Source: Microcystaceae cyanobacterium
Lineage (GTDB): Bacteria > Cyanobacteriota > Cyanobacteriia > Cyanobacteriales > Microcystaceae
NCBI GenBank assembly: GCA_041746575.1
Contig: JBGTGT010000055.1
Coordinates: 9,550 to 73,549 of the forward strand
Length of the DNA stretch: 64,000 nt
Direction of reading: 5' to 3'
Of this stretch, positions 9,937 to 20,731 are shown in pieces (position 1 is the first letter of the stretch; the number at the start of each line of letters is the position of its first letter). The position numbers and the translations under genes are program-made. Under the pieces are notes generated by a model, which was not told the origin of the DNA, searched no databases, and saw only the letters and a list, made by a program, of their open reading frames with translations.

Positions 9937-10839
9937 CTATGCTTCCCCTGCATGATAGGAACTTCTGACCAACGGCGCAGAACGAACCTGAGAAAACCCC
10001 ATTGAACGGGCAATTTCGCCTAATTCTTCAAATTCTTCAGGTGTCCAGTATCTTTGGACGGGTAAATGCTCCAAAGATGGACGCATATATTGACCTAGAG
10101 TGAGGCGATCGCAATCAATTTGGCGTAAATTCTGTAATGTTTCGATAATTTCCCTTTTTGTTTCCCCGTGGCCTAGCATTATGCCTGATTTCGTGGCAAT
10201 CGTTGGCTCAAATTCCTTAACCCACCTTAGCACATTGAGCGATCGCTCATATTTTGCGCCCCGTCGTACTTTATCCTGTAAGCGATATACCGTTTCGAGA
10301 TTATGATTATAACAAGCGGGTTTTGCCTGAACAACGGTTTTAACTCTGTTTTTCTGACTACTTTCTTTGTCTTTGCCCCCAAAGAAATCGGGGGTTAGCA
10401 CCTCTATCTGCGTTTGCGGATTTAACTGGCGAATCGCCGTCATCGTTTGCACAAACCAACCTGCGCCACCGTCTGTCAAATCGTCCCTTGCTACGGAAGT
10501 TAAAACGACATAACGTAAGCCCAATAATTTGACTGATTCTGCGATTTTTTGGGGTTCTTCTGGGTCTAAAGCCATCGGAGCATGACCTTTATCCACTTGA
10601 CAAAAAGCACAACTGCGGGTGCAAGTCGGCCCCATTAATAAAAAAGTAGCCGTTTGACGAGCGTAACATTCCCCCCGATTAGGACATCTTCCCTCTTCAC
10701 AAATGGTATGGATTTGACGCTGTTTAATAATGCGTTGGACGGTGGACAATTCGCTGGCTCTACCGATAGAACGTTTTAGCCAAGGTGGCAGACTGGTGAT
10801 TTCATCCCGCCATTGCTGATGAGGAGGAGTTTGGGTCAT
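9937..10839 (-). CDS. lipA: Lipoyl synthase
   Basis: [12 protein letters not shown], radical [19 protein letters not shown]. Confidence 0.95.
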   Translation of the reverse strand: MTQTPPHQQWRDEITSLPPWLKRSIGRASELSTVQRIIKQRQIHTICEEGRCPNRGECYARQTATFLLMGPTCTRSCAFCQVDKGHAPMALDPEEPQKIAESVKLLGLRYVVLTSVARDDLTDGGAGWFVQTMTAIRQLNPQTQIEVLTPDFFGGKDKESSQKNRVKTVVQAKPACYNHNLETVYRLQDKVRRGAKYERSLNVLRWVKEFEPTIATKSGIMLGHGETKREIIETLQNLRQIDCDRLTLGQYMRPSLEHLPVQRYWTPEEFEELGEIARSMGFSQVRSAPLVRSSYHAGEA

Positions 10840-10899
10840 AAGTTCAGTCAATATAGAATTATGAAGCCATCTTAACGGCTTAGAACGTCAATTTATCAT

Positions 10900-11958
10900 T
10901 TAAGGGTGTCCATTCTCAATAATACCGCCGCCTAAGAGGATATCTCCTGCGTAGAAAACAGCGGCCTGTCCTGGCGTAATACCGAATTGAGGCTCATCAA
11001 AACTCAATTTAACCCGATTTTCCCCTAAGGGAATCACGGTTACCGGGGCAGGGGCGGAACGATAACGGACTTTCACCGTCGTTTGAATCGGGGTCGTGGG
11101 TTCAGCCATCGAAACCCAATTTAGGCGACCAACAGTACATTCGGCATTTCCTGCTTTGTCTCGCGTAGTGACGACCACTTGATTCATTGCGGCATCTAGT
11201 TTCACCACATACAGCGGGTCTGGGGCGGCAATTCCCAGTCCTTTGCGTTGTCCGATAGTGTAACGGTGAATGCCTTGGTGTTTTCCCAAAATATTGCCTT
11301 CTAAATCTATGATATTACCTTCTTTTTGCGTAATATACTTCTCTAAGAAAGCTTGCATTGAACCGTGGGCTTCGATAAGACATAAATCTTGACTATCGGG
11401 TTTGTCGGCCGTTTTTAAACCAAATTGGCTGGCGATTTTACGAGTTACTTCCTTTGTTTGTTCTCCTAACGGAAAAAGAGTGGATTTAAGGATATCTTGG
11501 CTTAAATCATAGAGAAAATAAGACTGATCTTTGTTTTTATCCACTGCACATAATAATTGATACCGTTGACTCCCTTCGTCGTATTGAATACGGGCGTAAT
11601 GGCCGGTGGCGATGCGATCGCAGTTAAACTGTTCCTTAGCATAGGTCAACATGGGGCTAAATTTAACGGCCTTATTACATTGAGAGCAGGGTAGGGGAGT
11701 TATGCCATTCTCATAGCCTGACACTAAGTAATCAATAATATTGGCTTGAAATACCTCTCGACTATCCACAATATGGTGAGGAATGCTCAATTGTTCACAA
11801 ATAGAGGCCGCATCTACCATTCCTTCTGAGCAACATTGACCTTTCCCTTTCATCAACCAGAGGGTTAAACCAATGACTTCGTATCCTTGATGATGGAGAG
11901 AAGCGGCGGCAACTGAACTATCCACGCCTCCTGATAAGCCGACCACGACCTGATTCAT
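10900..11958 (-). CDS. mnmA: tRNA 2-thiouridylase
   Basis: [38 protein letters not shown]. Confidence 0.95.
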   Translation of the reverse strand: MNQVVVGLSGGVDSSVAAASLHHQGYEVIGLTLWLMKGKGQCCSEGMVDAASICEQLSIPHHIVDSREVFQANIIDYLVSGYENGITPLPCSQCNKAVKFSPMLTYAKEQFNCDRIATGHYARIQYDEGSQRYQLLCAVDKNKDQSYFLYDLSQDILKSTLFPLGEQTKEVTRKIASQFGLKTADKPDSQDLCLIEAHGSMQAFLEKYITQKEGNIIDLEGNILGKHQGIHRYTIGQRKGLGIAAPDPLYVVKLDAAMNQVVVTTRDKAGNAECTVGRLNWVSMAEPTTPIQTTVKVRYRSAPAPVTVIPLGENRVKLSFDEPQFGITPGQAAVFYAGDILLGGGIIENGHP

Positions 11959-12100
11959 AACTGTAATGGAAAATAATGTTTAGTATTTCCTTTCTAGGCT
12001 AACATTATCAATATTACAATGCCGGTATCAAAACTCGATGACTGGGGGGAAAATGCCCTTAGGTCAAATGGTTCAAAATTTCGTGTTTGGAGTGTTTTCA

Positions 12101-12682
12101 ATGAATAATTTATCCTTAACAGGAAGCTTTGCTGTCCTCGCTTGCGCTAGCTTTTGGTTTCAGCCTCTCATTACCTTGGCTCAAACTTTACCGCCGCCAC
12201 CACCGATTGCTAACCCCAGCCAATCGCCGTTAAAAACATCTGTTCCTCAGTTGACGACTCCTCCCCCCTTAGAAGTTCCCACCTCTTCTCCGCTCCCCCT
12301 CGAAGTTCCCGTTGCCAGCCCCCAAACAGAGCCTTCTCAACCGATTCGGGAATTTACCTTCCAAGCTCCCTCAGATAATACTCCTGAACCTGCCGAGACA
12401 TCGATAAAGCTCCCTGTCGCATCTCCTACGACGACTATCCCAGTTAAAGCGAATTTTTATCGGGTTGAAGTTGCCGCCACCGATGAATCTATCTTAGAAC
12501 AGGTCAGAGATATTGAACCCTTTGCCTTTTTTGAACGGGAACATCAAGTGGTTTATGCCGGACGTTTCCACCAACAAGACCAAGCACAACAAAGAGTTCA
12601 AGAATTGACCCAGAAAGGGTTATCTGCTCAAGTTGTCCCCGTCAGTCAAGAAAGTGGACAAAACCGCATATCCCCTCGTTAA
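12101..12682 (+). CDS. Pro-rich exported protein with SPOR-like C-terminus
   Basis: Signal-like N-terminus, poly-Pro linker, AGRF...AQQRVQELTQKGLSAQV; start uncertain. Confidence 0.6.
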   Translation: MNNLSLTGSFAVLACASFWFQPLITLAQTLPPPPPIANPSQSPLKTSVPQLTTPPPLEVPTSSPLPLEVPVASPQTEPSQPIREFTFQAPSDNTPEPAETSIKLPVASPTTTIPVKANFYRVEVAATDESILEQVRDIEPFAFFEREHQVVYAGRFHQQDQAQQRVQELTQKGLSAQVVPVSQESGQNRISPR

Positions 12683-12708
12683 ATCAGGATTAAGTGATAA
12701 TCTAATAG

Positions 12709-12729
12709 CTGATACCTGATACCTGATAC
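12709..12729. repeat. Heptamer tandem repeat (CTGATAC)x3, STRR-like
   Basis: Read directly from sequence. Confidence 0.6.
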
Positions 12730-12736
12730 GAATGTT

Positions 12737-13258
12737 ATGCTGAGTGATCTTTTGTCTTCTGATTTAGGGACTTATACAAAGTGGTCGGGAATTTTAACCC
12801 TGTTGTGTTTGTTTTTGGCGATTCTTGCCTTTGTTCTCCAATGGGGTATCCGTTTCCGCTTAGTGGGTGCTACGGGCTTTATGATGGTTCTCACCGTTGG
12901 GCTGTTTGGCTTAGGGCTAGGGTTGCTTAATCGAGTGACCATTCCTGATGCAGTACGATACACCAGAGTGTTTGATAATGGGTCAAATAACGTTGTTATC
13001 TCTGTTCCTCAAGAGATTGATAAGACCCAACTGCAAGCGACGCTTAAACAGGCCGCCTATGACTTCTTTTCTTATGGGAGAACCGATTTAGGGGGAGACC
13101 ATCAAATGACCATTCGTGCGAGAACCCTACTACATCCGAAACCCGGCCTCACCCTACCGATTTATCTAGGACAAGCCAAACGTTCTCTTGGGCTTAGAGA
13201 AGATGAAGCGATGAAAATTGAGGTTTTTGACCGTAATTTTGCTAAATTAACTCAATAA
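12737..13258 (+). CDS. ycf51: Ycf51 / DUF2518 family protein
   Basis: WGIRFRLVGATGF, FDNG, LQATLKQAA, IRARTLLHP. Confidence 0.85.
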   Translation: MLSDLLSSDLGTYTKWSGILTLLCLFLAILAFVLQWGIRFRLVGATGFMMVLTVGLFGLGLGLLNRVTIPDAVRYTRVFDNGSNNVVISVPQEIDKTQLQATLKQAAYDFFSYGRTDLGGDHQMTIRARTLLHPKPGLTLPIYLGQAKRSLGLREDEAMKIEVFDRNFAKLTQ

Positions 13259-13275
13259 ATCGTTTAATTTTATCT

Positions 13276-13548
13276 ATGACTGAACGAGAATTTGAAAGCA
13301 TTAGTCGTCAGCTAGGTCGCCTAGAAGACAAGATAGACAATTTAGAGCGAAAAATGGGTCAAGATACTCAACTTTTGTCTGAGAAACTGGAACTTTATCG
13401 TCAAACGGGAGAGGCACAAATTCAATCTATTCGGGCTGAGGTAGAAGCGTTTCAAGAAGCCAATAAGCAACAGCTAAATGTCTCTCTAGGCGTGTTAGTT
13501 ACGGCGGCGATTACGATTGTTGCTAGCGTGGTTATCGGAATGCAGTAA
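13276..13548 (+). CDS. Small coiled-coil protein with C-terminal TM helix
   Basis: 90-aa ORF, hydrophobic C-terminus. Confidence 0.6.
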   Translation: MTEREFESISRQLGRLEDKIDNLERKMGQDTQLLSEKLELYRQTGEAQIQSIRAEVEAFQEANKQQLNVSLGVLVTAAITIVASVVIGMQ

Positions 13549-13622
13549 TTGTCTAATTTTCCGCAAAGTCTAACCCTTTGCGCCTCGTATCAGCTTATAT
13601 TTTAGTAGAAGATTCGATTGAT

Positions 13623-13880
13623 TCAAGTCAATGGCATCAAGAAAAAATGTAAGGTATAGGCAATGAAAATGGCTTGAAGGGCTAAAAGACCGATTAATGC
13701 TAGGGCAATTAAAACAATATACTGGAATACTAACTCAATTAGGGCTTGTTTAATGGCGTTGACAACCGATTCTTCTAACCCTCGATTGGTCATGATTTTG
13801 TAAATCAGCGATTCAACCGTATTATCCACTTTCTGAGTTAAGGATTTTTTGGGCGGTTTATAGGAATAGGAATATTTCAT
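13623..13880 (-). CDS. Hypothetical membrane protein
   Basis: 85-aa ORF, C-terminal TM segment. Confidence 0.55.
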   Translation of the reverse strand: MKYSYSYKPPKKSLTQKVDNTVESLIYKIMTNRGLEESVVNAIKQALIELVFQYIVLIALALIGLLALQAIFIAYTLHFFLMPLT

Positions 13881-14022
13881 GAGACTTGTGGCAAAATTTA
13901 AAGATTTCGGTGAAGATTGGTTATCCTCTAAAATCTAGCATTTAAATCCTCTCTCTCCCAATCTTATCTACCAGCGATCGCGCCTCTTAAAATTTTACCT
14001 CAATCGTTGATAAGTACATATT

Positions 14023-14775
14023 ATGACTGAGTACAGAAGCGAAAAGAGAGTTGCACTCGTTACGGGTTCGACATCTGGCATTGGGCTGGCAATTGCAAAG
14101 CGGCTTGTTGAAGACGGCTTTATCGTCGCCTTTCACTCTAGATCTTCCGTGATAATAGGACAGGCGTTAGCGGCATCCCACCCCAATAACTCCTACTCCC
14201 AAGCTGATCTAGCTGACCAAAACCAAGTTCGTCATTTAGTTGCTGAAGTGCTATCTTACCACGGTCGGCTAGACGTATTGGTCAATAATGCGGGGATTAG
14301 TGCAACGATTCCTCATGCTTCTCTTAAGGAAGCTTCAGCAGAAATTTGGCGAGAACTTTACGAAGTCAACGTCATAGCACCTTGGACACTGATTACGGCG
14401 GCCGAAACGGCTCTACGTCAGACATCAAGTCGTGAATGTCCTAGTTGCATTCTCAATATTAGTTCTCACGCGGGTATTCGCCCGAAAGGAGCTTCAATCC
14501 CATATTCTGCCAGCAAGGCTGCTCTAAACCACATGACAAAGCTACTGGCACTGAGTCTTGCACCGCAGATTCGTGTGAATGCGATTGCACCGGGTTTGGT
14601 TGAGACTCCGATGAGCAAAAATTGGACAGAGGCACGAAAACTTTGGGAAGATCGATCACCAATGGGTAGGGCAGCGCAACCCGAAGAAATAGCACAGATA
14701 GCTTCCATGCTGATTGCAAGTCACTATATTACGGGCGAGATTTTGATTTCAGATGGGGGGCTAAACCTTACTTAA
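14023..14775 (+). CDS. Short-chain dehydrogenase/reductase
   Basis: TGSTSGIG, NNAG, YSASK, RVNAIAPG. Confidence 0.9.
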   Translation: MTEYRSEKRVALVTGSTSGIGLAIAKRLVEDGFIVAFHSRSSVIIGQALAASHPNNSYSQADLADQNQVRHLVAEVLSYHGRLDVLVNNAGISATIPHASLKEASAEIWRELYEVNVIAPWTLITAAETALRQTSSRECPSCILNISSHAGIRPKGASIPYSASKAALNHMTKLLALSLAPQIRVNAIAPGLVETPMSKNWTEARKLWEDRSPMGRAAQPEEIAQIASMLIASHYITGEILISDGGLNLT

Positions 14776-14830
14776 TAGTTCAAATCTACCATTTCACTGA
14801 AAAAAAAGGTAATTATCTTCTCAATAAAAA

Positions 14831-16264
14831 TTATGTAGATGCTCGAATTAGGGATTCAACTTTACTCTGTTCATCGGGCGTTAATTCACCTGATTGTCCC
14901 TTAACTTCTTTATAAATTTTGAGATATTCTGCGGCGGATTTGTACCAACTGAAATCTTGCTTCATGCCTCGTTTTTGTAATTTTGCCCAAGCATTTTTAT
15001 AACGGAAACCTTCCCAAGCGCGCACCATACAAGTAAATAAATCAAGCGGTTCATAGCGATCAAAACAATAACCAGTTCCCGCCTCATTCACCGGATCATT
15101 AAAGGAAACCGTATCGACTAATCCCCCCGTATTGCGAACAATGGGAACACAACCATAGCGCATCGCTAACATTTGACTGATGCCACAAGGTTCAAAGCGA
15201 GACGGCATCAAAAAGGCATCTGAACCCGCATAAACCCGACGAGAAAGGGCATCATTGTAGAGTAATTGAATCGCTAACCGTCCCCGATGTCGAGAAGCTA
15301 ATTGCCATAGTTGAGATTCATAATAGCGATCGCCTGTTCCTAAAATTAATAATTGAGTATCAGTATAAGAAATAATTCGATCTAAAATTTGCATCACTAA
15401 ATCGAGTCCTTTTTGTTCGACTAAGCGAGTGACCATTCCCACCAAAAAAGAATTTTTATTCACTTCCAAACCGACTTCTTCCTGAAGAGTCACCTTATTT
15501 AACGTCCGTTTTTCTAAGGTTTCTGCTGTAAAATTATGGGGAATAAATCTATCAGTGGCAGGGTTATAGCTTTCAATATCAATACCGTTTAAAATCCCTC
15601 GTATATTCCCACTAATAAAAGATAATAAGCCTTCTAGTTTTTCGCCATATTCTGCTGTTTGAATTTGCCCTGCATAGGTAGGAGAAACAGTGGTTACCCG
15701 TGTCGCAAACTGAACCGCCGCCGCCATCGTATTATGTCCTTGCATATACCACGGACACCACGTAATCTTTTCTAAATACCATCGCCAAGGTCCTTGATAA
15801 GCAAGGTTATGAATCGTGAAAACGGTGGCAATTTCAGGAGTTTGCTGCATCCAAACAGGAATCATCCCAGAATGCCAGTCATGGCAGTGGATAACGTCGG
15901 GTTTCCAGTAATTCCACGCAAATTCAGCCGCTCCATTCGCAAAAAAGGTAAACCGCCATGCTTCATCTTCACCACTATAGACGCGACGAGGGTCAAAAGC
16001 GGGATGACCAAACAGATACAAAGGAACGTCACTATTGGGCAGCAGAGTTTCGTAAACCGCAAAGTCATTAAACATGGCCGACCCTTTCCAGACGGGTTCG
16101 GCGGGAATATCCGTTTTATCGGGAAGAAACCCATAATAGGGCATAAAAATGCGCACGTCATAACCCAATTTCCGCAAGACTTTCGGCAATGCCCCGACAA
16201 CATCTCCCATACCACCGACTTTGGCTAGAGGGGCGGCTTCTGCTGAAACAAATAGAATCTTCAT
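14831..16264 (-). CDS. glgA: Glycogen synthase
   Basis: KVGG motif, [15 protein letters not shown]; start set at MKILF. Confidence 0.95.
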   Translation of the reverse strand: MKILFVSAEAAPLAKVGGMGDVVGALPKVLRKLGYDVRIFMPYYGFLPDKTDIPAEPVWKGSAMFNDFAVYETLLPNSDVPLYLFGHPAFDPRRVYSGEDEAWRFTFFANGAAEFAWNYWKPDVIHCHDWHSGMIPVWMQQTPEIATVFTIHNLAYQGPWRWYLEKITWCPWYMQGHNTMAAAVQFATRVTTVSPTYAGQIQTAEYGEKLEGLLSFISGNIRGILNGIDIESYNPATDRFIPHNFTAETLEKRTLNKVTLQEEVGLEVNKNSFLVGMVTRLVEQKGLDLVMQILDRIISYTDTQLLILGTGDRYYESQLWQLASRHRGRLAIQLLYNDALSRRVYAGSDAFLMPSRFEPCGISQMLAMRYGCVPIVRNTGGLVDTVSFNDPVNEAGTGYCFDRYEPLDLFTCMVRAWEGFRYKNAWAKLQKRGMKQDFSWYKSAAEYLKIYKEVKGQSGELTPDEQSKVESLIRAST

Positions 16265-16458
16265 TGTCTTGGTCTCTTCTCTGAATCTTGGTCTTATCCA
16301 AGTTTTACTATACTCTAAGGCGGTCGTTCTCACGTCATCTTAGGAGAAGAAATCTCATGATTGATGATTCTTGTTTCTTCTTTGCATAAATATACAGAAA
16401 TCCTGACAATAATTTTTTAAAATTTAAAGATAAGACCTCCAATTCTTGAAAAACCACC

Positions 16459-18099
16459 ATGATTTCTTCAGACCACATCTTTGCAGAAATTGCGATTATT
16501 ATGATGATCGCAACGGTATTAGGAGCAGGGGCTGTGAGGCTAAGACAACCGCTCATTATTGCCTTTATTGCAGTGGGAATCCTCGTCGGGCCGGCTGGAT
16601 TAAGTCTTTTAACGGCTCATGAATCGGTCAATTTATTAGCAGAATTAGGCATTACTTTGCTGTTATTTGTAGTGGGTTTAAAACTCGATCTCCATGAAAT
16701 TCGGACGGTGGGGAAAGTTGCATTAATAGCAGGAATGGGGCAAATTTTACTGATAGGAGGATTGGGGTTTGGTGTCGCCATTCTGTTGGGGTTTACGCCT
16801 TTAACTGCCGCTTATTTAGGGATTACTTTTACTTTTTCGAGTACTATTATTATTGTCAAATTGTTATCCGATAAGCGAGAAATTGACGCCCTACATGGAC
16901 GCATTGCCGTGGGAATTCTCATTATTCAGGATATTCTAGTGGTTTTGGTGATGATTGGTTTAACGGCGTTTGCCGAAGCGTCTCAACCTTATTTATTCTT
17001 AACGATTTTTGGGGTGATAGTGAAAGGTAGTAGCTTTTTGGTGATTATCTCTGTTATTACTCGCTACTTGTTGCCTAAAATCTTAGATTTACTGGCCCAG
17101 TCTACAGAATTACTCCTTTTGTTTGCGATTACTTGGGCATTTTCTCTCGCATCGGTAGGGAATGCTTTAGGTTTTAGTAAGGAAGTGGGGGCATTTGTGG
17201 CAGGGGTAACGTTAGCATCAACCGCTTACCGAGCAACCATCGGGGCTAAATTGGTCAGCGTGCGGGATTTTTTGCTGTTGTTTTTCTTCATTAATTTAGG
17301 TATTCACGTTAATATTCACTATTTGACAGCAGAAATCGTTCCTGCACTGTTATTTTCTGCTTTCATCTTAATTGGCAAACCCATCATGTTGATGATTCTC
17401 TTGGCAAGGATGGGATACAGCAGATACACCAGTGTGATTACCAGTCTATCTTTAGGACAAATTAGTGAATTTTCGTTGATATTAGCAACATTAGGTGTAA
17501 GTTTGGGGCATATTTCCCCTTCTATTCTAGGTTTGATTACCTTAGTCGGCTTAATCACTATGGGGGCTTCTACCTATCTGATTCTCTATAGTCATCCTCT
17601 TTATGAGCGGCTCACGCCCTATTTAACGTTTTTTGATTACCTTATCACTTCTCCTAATCGATCTTTAAAGGAGGCTTCCCTGATGGATTTCAGTCATGTT
17701 GATGTCATTTTATTCGGATTAGGACGCTACGGGGGCAATTTAATGCAACATTTTCAGCAAATGGGATGGCACGTCTTAGGGGTGGATTTTGACCCTGAAT
17801 TGGTTTCTTTTTGGCAGAAAAAAGGAATGTTAGCGTTTTATGGCGATGCGGAAAATCCCGATTTTATGGCGACGCTTCCCCTTCAACACGTTCGTTGGAT
17901 CGTTAGTACCTTACCCAATAAGCGCATGGGGTTAATGCTATTACATACCTTAAAAAATCACTGTTTTAAAGGTAATATTGCTTTAACAAGTCATAATTTT
18001 GCCGAAAAAGAAATTTTATGTCAAGAGGGTGCAGATTTAGTACTTTTACCCTTTGAAGATGCCGCCCAAGAAGCTGCGAGACAAATTGTTTTATCTTAA
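16459..18099 (+). CDS. CPA2 cation/H+ antiporter with TrkA-N domain (Kef-like)
   Basis: Many TM helices, SSTIII, IIQD, GQISEFS, GLGRYG, YGDA. Confidence 0.9.
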   Translation: MISSDHIFAEIAIIMMIATVLGAGAVRLRQPLIIAFIAVGILVGPAGLSLLTAHESVNLLAELGITLLLFVVGLKLDLHEIRTVGKVALIAGMGQILLIGGLGFGVAILLGFTPLTAAYLGITFTFSSTIIIVKLLSDKREIDALHGRIAVGILIIQDILVVLVMIGLTAFAEASQPYLFLTIFGVIVKGSSFLVIISVITRYLLPKILDLLAQSTELLLLFAITWAFSLASVGNALGFSKEVGAFVAGVTLASTAYRATIGAKLVSVRDFLLLFFFINLGIHVNIHYLTAEIVPALLFSAFILIGKPIMLMILLARMGYSRYTSVITSLSLGQISEFSLILATLGVSLGHISPSILGLITLVGLITMGASTYLILYSHPLYERLTPYLTFFDYLITSPNRSLKEASLMDFSHVDVILFGLGRYGGNLMQHFQQMGWHVLGVDFDPELVSFWQKKGMLAFYGDAENPDFMATLPLQHVRWIVSTLPNKRMGLMLLHTLKNHCFKGNIALTSHNFAEKEILCQEGADLVLLPFEDAAQEAARQIVLS

Positions 18100-18181
18100 A
18101 AGTAGAATAGGATTTGCTAAACTTTGATTTCTTTTAAGACTTCTTTAGACTTTCTTAAAAATTGCTTTATATATTCATTAT

Positions 18182-18337
18182 TTAATCTTTATTTTGTTGT
18201 TGCCAAGTTTTCCATTTGTCAGAAATAGCTTGTGATTGAGATTGAAAGGTTTTTAACTTTTCTTCTCCGATGAGAACAATTTCTTTAATTTCTTGCAAAA
18301 TCGTTTCTTGTTGTTGGGTTAGTTTAGTTTGTTTCAT
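18182..18337 (-). CDS. Small hypothetical protein (51 aa)
   Basis: Hand translation MKQTKLTQQQETILQEIKE...KWKTWQQQNKD; GGAGG RBS upstream. Confidence 0.5.
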   Translation of the reverse strand: MKQTKLTQQQETILQEIKEIVLIGEEKLKTFQSQSQAISDKWKTWQQQNKD

Positions 18338-18384
18338 GGTAGATCCTCCAAGGGTTGTTTAATAGCGTTAACGAGGCAAATACC

Positions 18385-18612
18385 TTACTTCATAGTAACT
18401 GCACTGCCGAAAAGAGAAATTTCTACTCCCTTTGCTTGATAATCTTCTTTAACTAATTCCCAAGCATTTTTTAATTCTTCTAATGCTTCTAGTGGCGTAT
18501 CACCAAACGCAGAAATATTTGGCATTTCTTGAAAATGCGCTAACCAGTCGCCTTGCTCATCAACGTATAGGTCAATGATCATACCATCAAAATTATAATT
18601 ATCTAGAGACAT
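18385..18612 (-). CDS. hicB: HicB-family antitoxin
   Basis: WLAHFQEMPNISAFGDTPLEALEEL. Confidence 0.8.
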   Translation of the reverse strand: MSLDNYNFDGMIIDLYVDEQGDWLAHFQEMPNISAFGDTPLEALEELKNAWELVKEDYQAKGVEISLFGSAVTMK

Positions 18613-18846
18613 TTAAGATTCCTCCGTATAAGTAATAAATTGTTGAACTTGATAGGGTTTTGCTTTTCCGTCTTTTCGAGGTTGAATGGGTAAGGGTTAT
18701 CCTTTCGGTGAATACCATAAACGATGACTTCCTTTTTGACGGCTGAATGTCCAACCTGTTTGTTGTAATAGGGTTTCAAATTCACCGAAGGTTAAGTTTT
18801 GCGGATTTTGTTTTGCTTTTTTCCATAATTTTTCTCTCTTAGTCAT
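18613..18846 (-). pseudogene. hicA: HicA-family toxin with nonsense codon
   Basis: MTKREKLWKKAKQNPQNLTFGEFETLL...QKGSHRLW...G*PLPIQPRKDGKAKPYQVQQF; TAA at 18697-18699. Confidence 0.85.
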
Positions 18847-19045
18847 ACGCTATGGTAATGTAAGATGCCTAGATTGATTATACCTAATTTATTCTATGAC
18901 GCTAAGTAATTTAATCACTATAGTCCATCAATTAATCACATTTTATCGTAGGGATTTAACACTGTTCAATCCTAGAAAAATTCATAATTTATAATTTAGA
19001 ATTCATGATTTATTAAAGTCCATCAAACCATCACCTTAATCATCG

Positions 19046-19272
19046 TTTAATCGGGGTTATTATTACTATAAAGCTCATTGATAAAGGCTTGAAAGTCGGG
19101 GTTATTTAGCAGGTTATTGCGAAAGTCTTGGGGAAGGGAAGCAAATAATTGATCAAAGGTTTTGACTTCTCCTAACATTGCATAACATAATGCTTTATTG
19201 AAAATTGCTTCATGGTCATCCGGTTTAATTTCAAGGGCTTTGTTGTAGGAGGCGATCGCTTCATTATAAAGC
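19046..19272 (-). pseudogene. Orphan 3' fragment of a TPR gene
   Basis: YNEAIASYNKALEIKPDDHEAIFNKALCY...; 19212..19250 identical to 21011..21049. Confidence 0.8.
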
Positions 19273-19285
19273 TCAGATATAAATC

Positions 19286-19583
19286 TTAAGGAAAATAGCG
19301 ATAAAATTCTTTTCGATGTAAGACTCTCATAACTTCTATCTCATTTCCGTTAACTTCGATTCCAACACGATAATCACTAACACGAATACGATAACGATAA
19401 CCTTTCATGGCTTTGATATTCGTTAAACTTTCTACCTTTCATGGCTTTGATATTCGTTAAACTTTCTAAATTAGCTGCATTAGGAAGCGTTTCAAACGTT
19501 AAAGTCTTAATCCGTTTGTATATTGGTTGTGATTTCAATTTCTTTAAATCTTTCAGGAATAGTTGACGATAGCTTACCTGCAT
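19286..19583 (-). pseudogene. RelE/ParE-family toxin frameshifted by a 34-bp tandem duplication
   Basis: Removing one copy (19401..19434 = 19435..19468) gives an 87-aa ORF ending YRIRVSDYRVG...VLHRKEFYRYFP. Confidence 0.85.
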
Positions 19584-19589
19584 AATTAA

Positions 19590-19802
19590 TTATTCATCCA
19601 AATATTGTAAAGCTGTATCTTTATCCAACAAAGGAGTGTTTTTTGCTTCATCCATTGTCTTATTTAAGCAATAATTTTCTATGTTTTCGGTTAAGTTTTC
19701 TAAATTAGTTTTTTCTTCGGGGAAAATAGTTTCCCAAATATCAATGGGGATAATAACAGCTTTTTTGTTACCTTTTTCATCGGTTAAGTATTCAAGTTGC
19801 AT
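19590..19802 (-). CDS. Putative antitoxin partner of the RelE-like toxin
   Basis: EYLTDEKGNKKAVIIPI, acidic 70 aa, directly upstream of toxin. Confidence 0.7.
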   Translation of the reverse strand: MQLEYLTDEKGNKKAVIIPIDIWETIFPEEKTNLENLTENIENYCLNKTMDEAKNTPLLDKDTALQYLDE

Positions 19803-19902
19803 AATTAACTTTCCTTTCTGTTTTGAGTGACTATCAGAATTTTAGCAAATTTTGCTTAAGGTTATAGATATTTAATTCATCATTCATAATTTCCCTTATT
19901 CC

Positions 19903-19962
19903 ATCAAAATCACTGTCGATTTTTGCCATCTCTTGATAAGTTTCATCAAGGTTAATCGCACG
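19903..19962 (-). repeat. Diverged copy of the 3' region of the NTPase-TPR gene
   Basis: 53/60 identical to 20777..20836; RAINLDETYQEMAKIDSDFD vs RAINLDETCREMAKTNSDFD. Confidence 0.85.
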
Positions 19963-19977
19963 TTAAGGAGGACATTA

Positions 19978-20313
19978 TTAAGCCACGCCATAATCAGTAT
20001 ACGGTCGTTTATAAGGAGGATGCAATCCTAAAATGATGTCTTCTCTAGGAACACCCATTTTAACTAATTCTTCTGCAGGATTTTGATCGGTTAGATTTTG
20101 CTGTAGCCAAATTTTACCATCTTTAATATCAATATGTATAATAGACCGATAAACTCGATTTAATCCTTCCCAACCGATATTCATCCATTGATAATGATCT
20201 CTTGTGGTATCAAAAATGAGTTGGACTTCGACATTATGATTAGATTCGTCATCTTGGGAATAATCCTTTAATAAATCTTGAATCAATTTTCGATATTGTT
20301 CTATTTTATCCAT
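19978..20313 (-). CDS. xisI: XisI-family protein
   Basis: QLIFDTTRDHYQ, HIDIKDGKIWLQ, DIILGLHPP. Confidence 0.9.
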   Translation of the reverse strand: MDKIEQYRKLIQDLLKDYSQDDESNHNVEVQLIFDTTRDHYQWMNIGWEGLNRVYRSIIHIDIKDGKIWLQQNLTDQNPAEELVKMGVPREDIILGLHPPYKRPYTDYGVA

Positions 20314-20717
20314 TGGGTAATTACCTCATTCATCGGGTCATATATAATTAATAAAATTTTATATTCCTGAATGGCATTTTTGGGAAAAACTAATTGAAAA
20401 AAGGTTTGATAAGCCTCTAAAGGAACAGCTAAATATAGTATGCGATTGGGTTCTATTTTTGTCAAAGCTAGTCGATAACTTAAAAATTGTCCTAATGCAG
20501 TATAAAAGTCAGTAATGGCAGAAGGATTAAGAAAACTTTTAATTTCTACTGCAATTTTTTCTCCTGCTTTCTCTGCGGCAATTAATTTTTCTGCTCCTAA
20601 ATCAATTTGAAAGTTAACCTCCCCATATTTAAACTTTAAAGGATCATGGGTAATTGTCCATCCTTCTTTTTGTAAAGCTGTTTTAACTGACTCATGAAAT
20701 AAATCTTTAGCAGACAT
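20301..20717 (-). CDS. xisH: XisH-family protein
   Basis: MSAKDLFHESVK, IDLGAEK, IAVEIKSF, ALGQFLSY. Confidence 0.9.
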   Translation of the reverse strand: MSAKDLFHESVKTALQKEGWTITHDPLKFKYGEVNFQIDLGAEKLIAAEKAGEKIAVEIKSFLNPSAITDFYTALGQFLSYRLALTKIEPNRILYLAVPLEAYQTFFQLVFPKNAIQEYKILLIIYDPMNEVITQWIK

Positions 20718-20731
20718 AAAATTGTAAATGA

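Noticed and set aside
18603..18785. 60-aa ORF in the track as the toxin gene
   Set aside because: Wrong frame; the HicA-like frame is 18613..18846 with an internal stop.
19978..20717. xisHI as marker of a heterocyst fdxN excision element
   Set aside because: No xisF recombinase or fdxN; xisHI pairs are commonly stand-alone in cyanobacteria.
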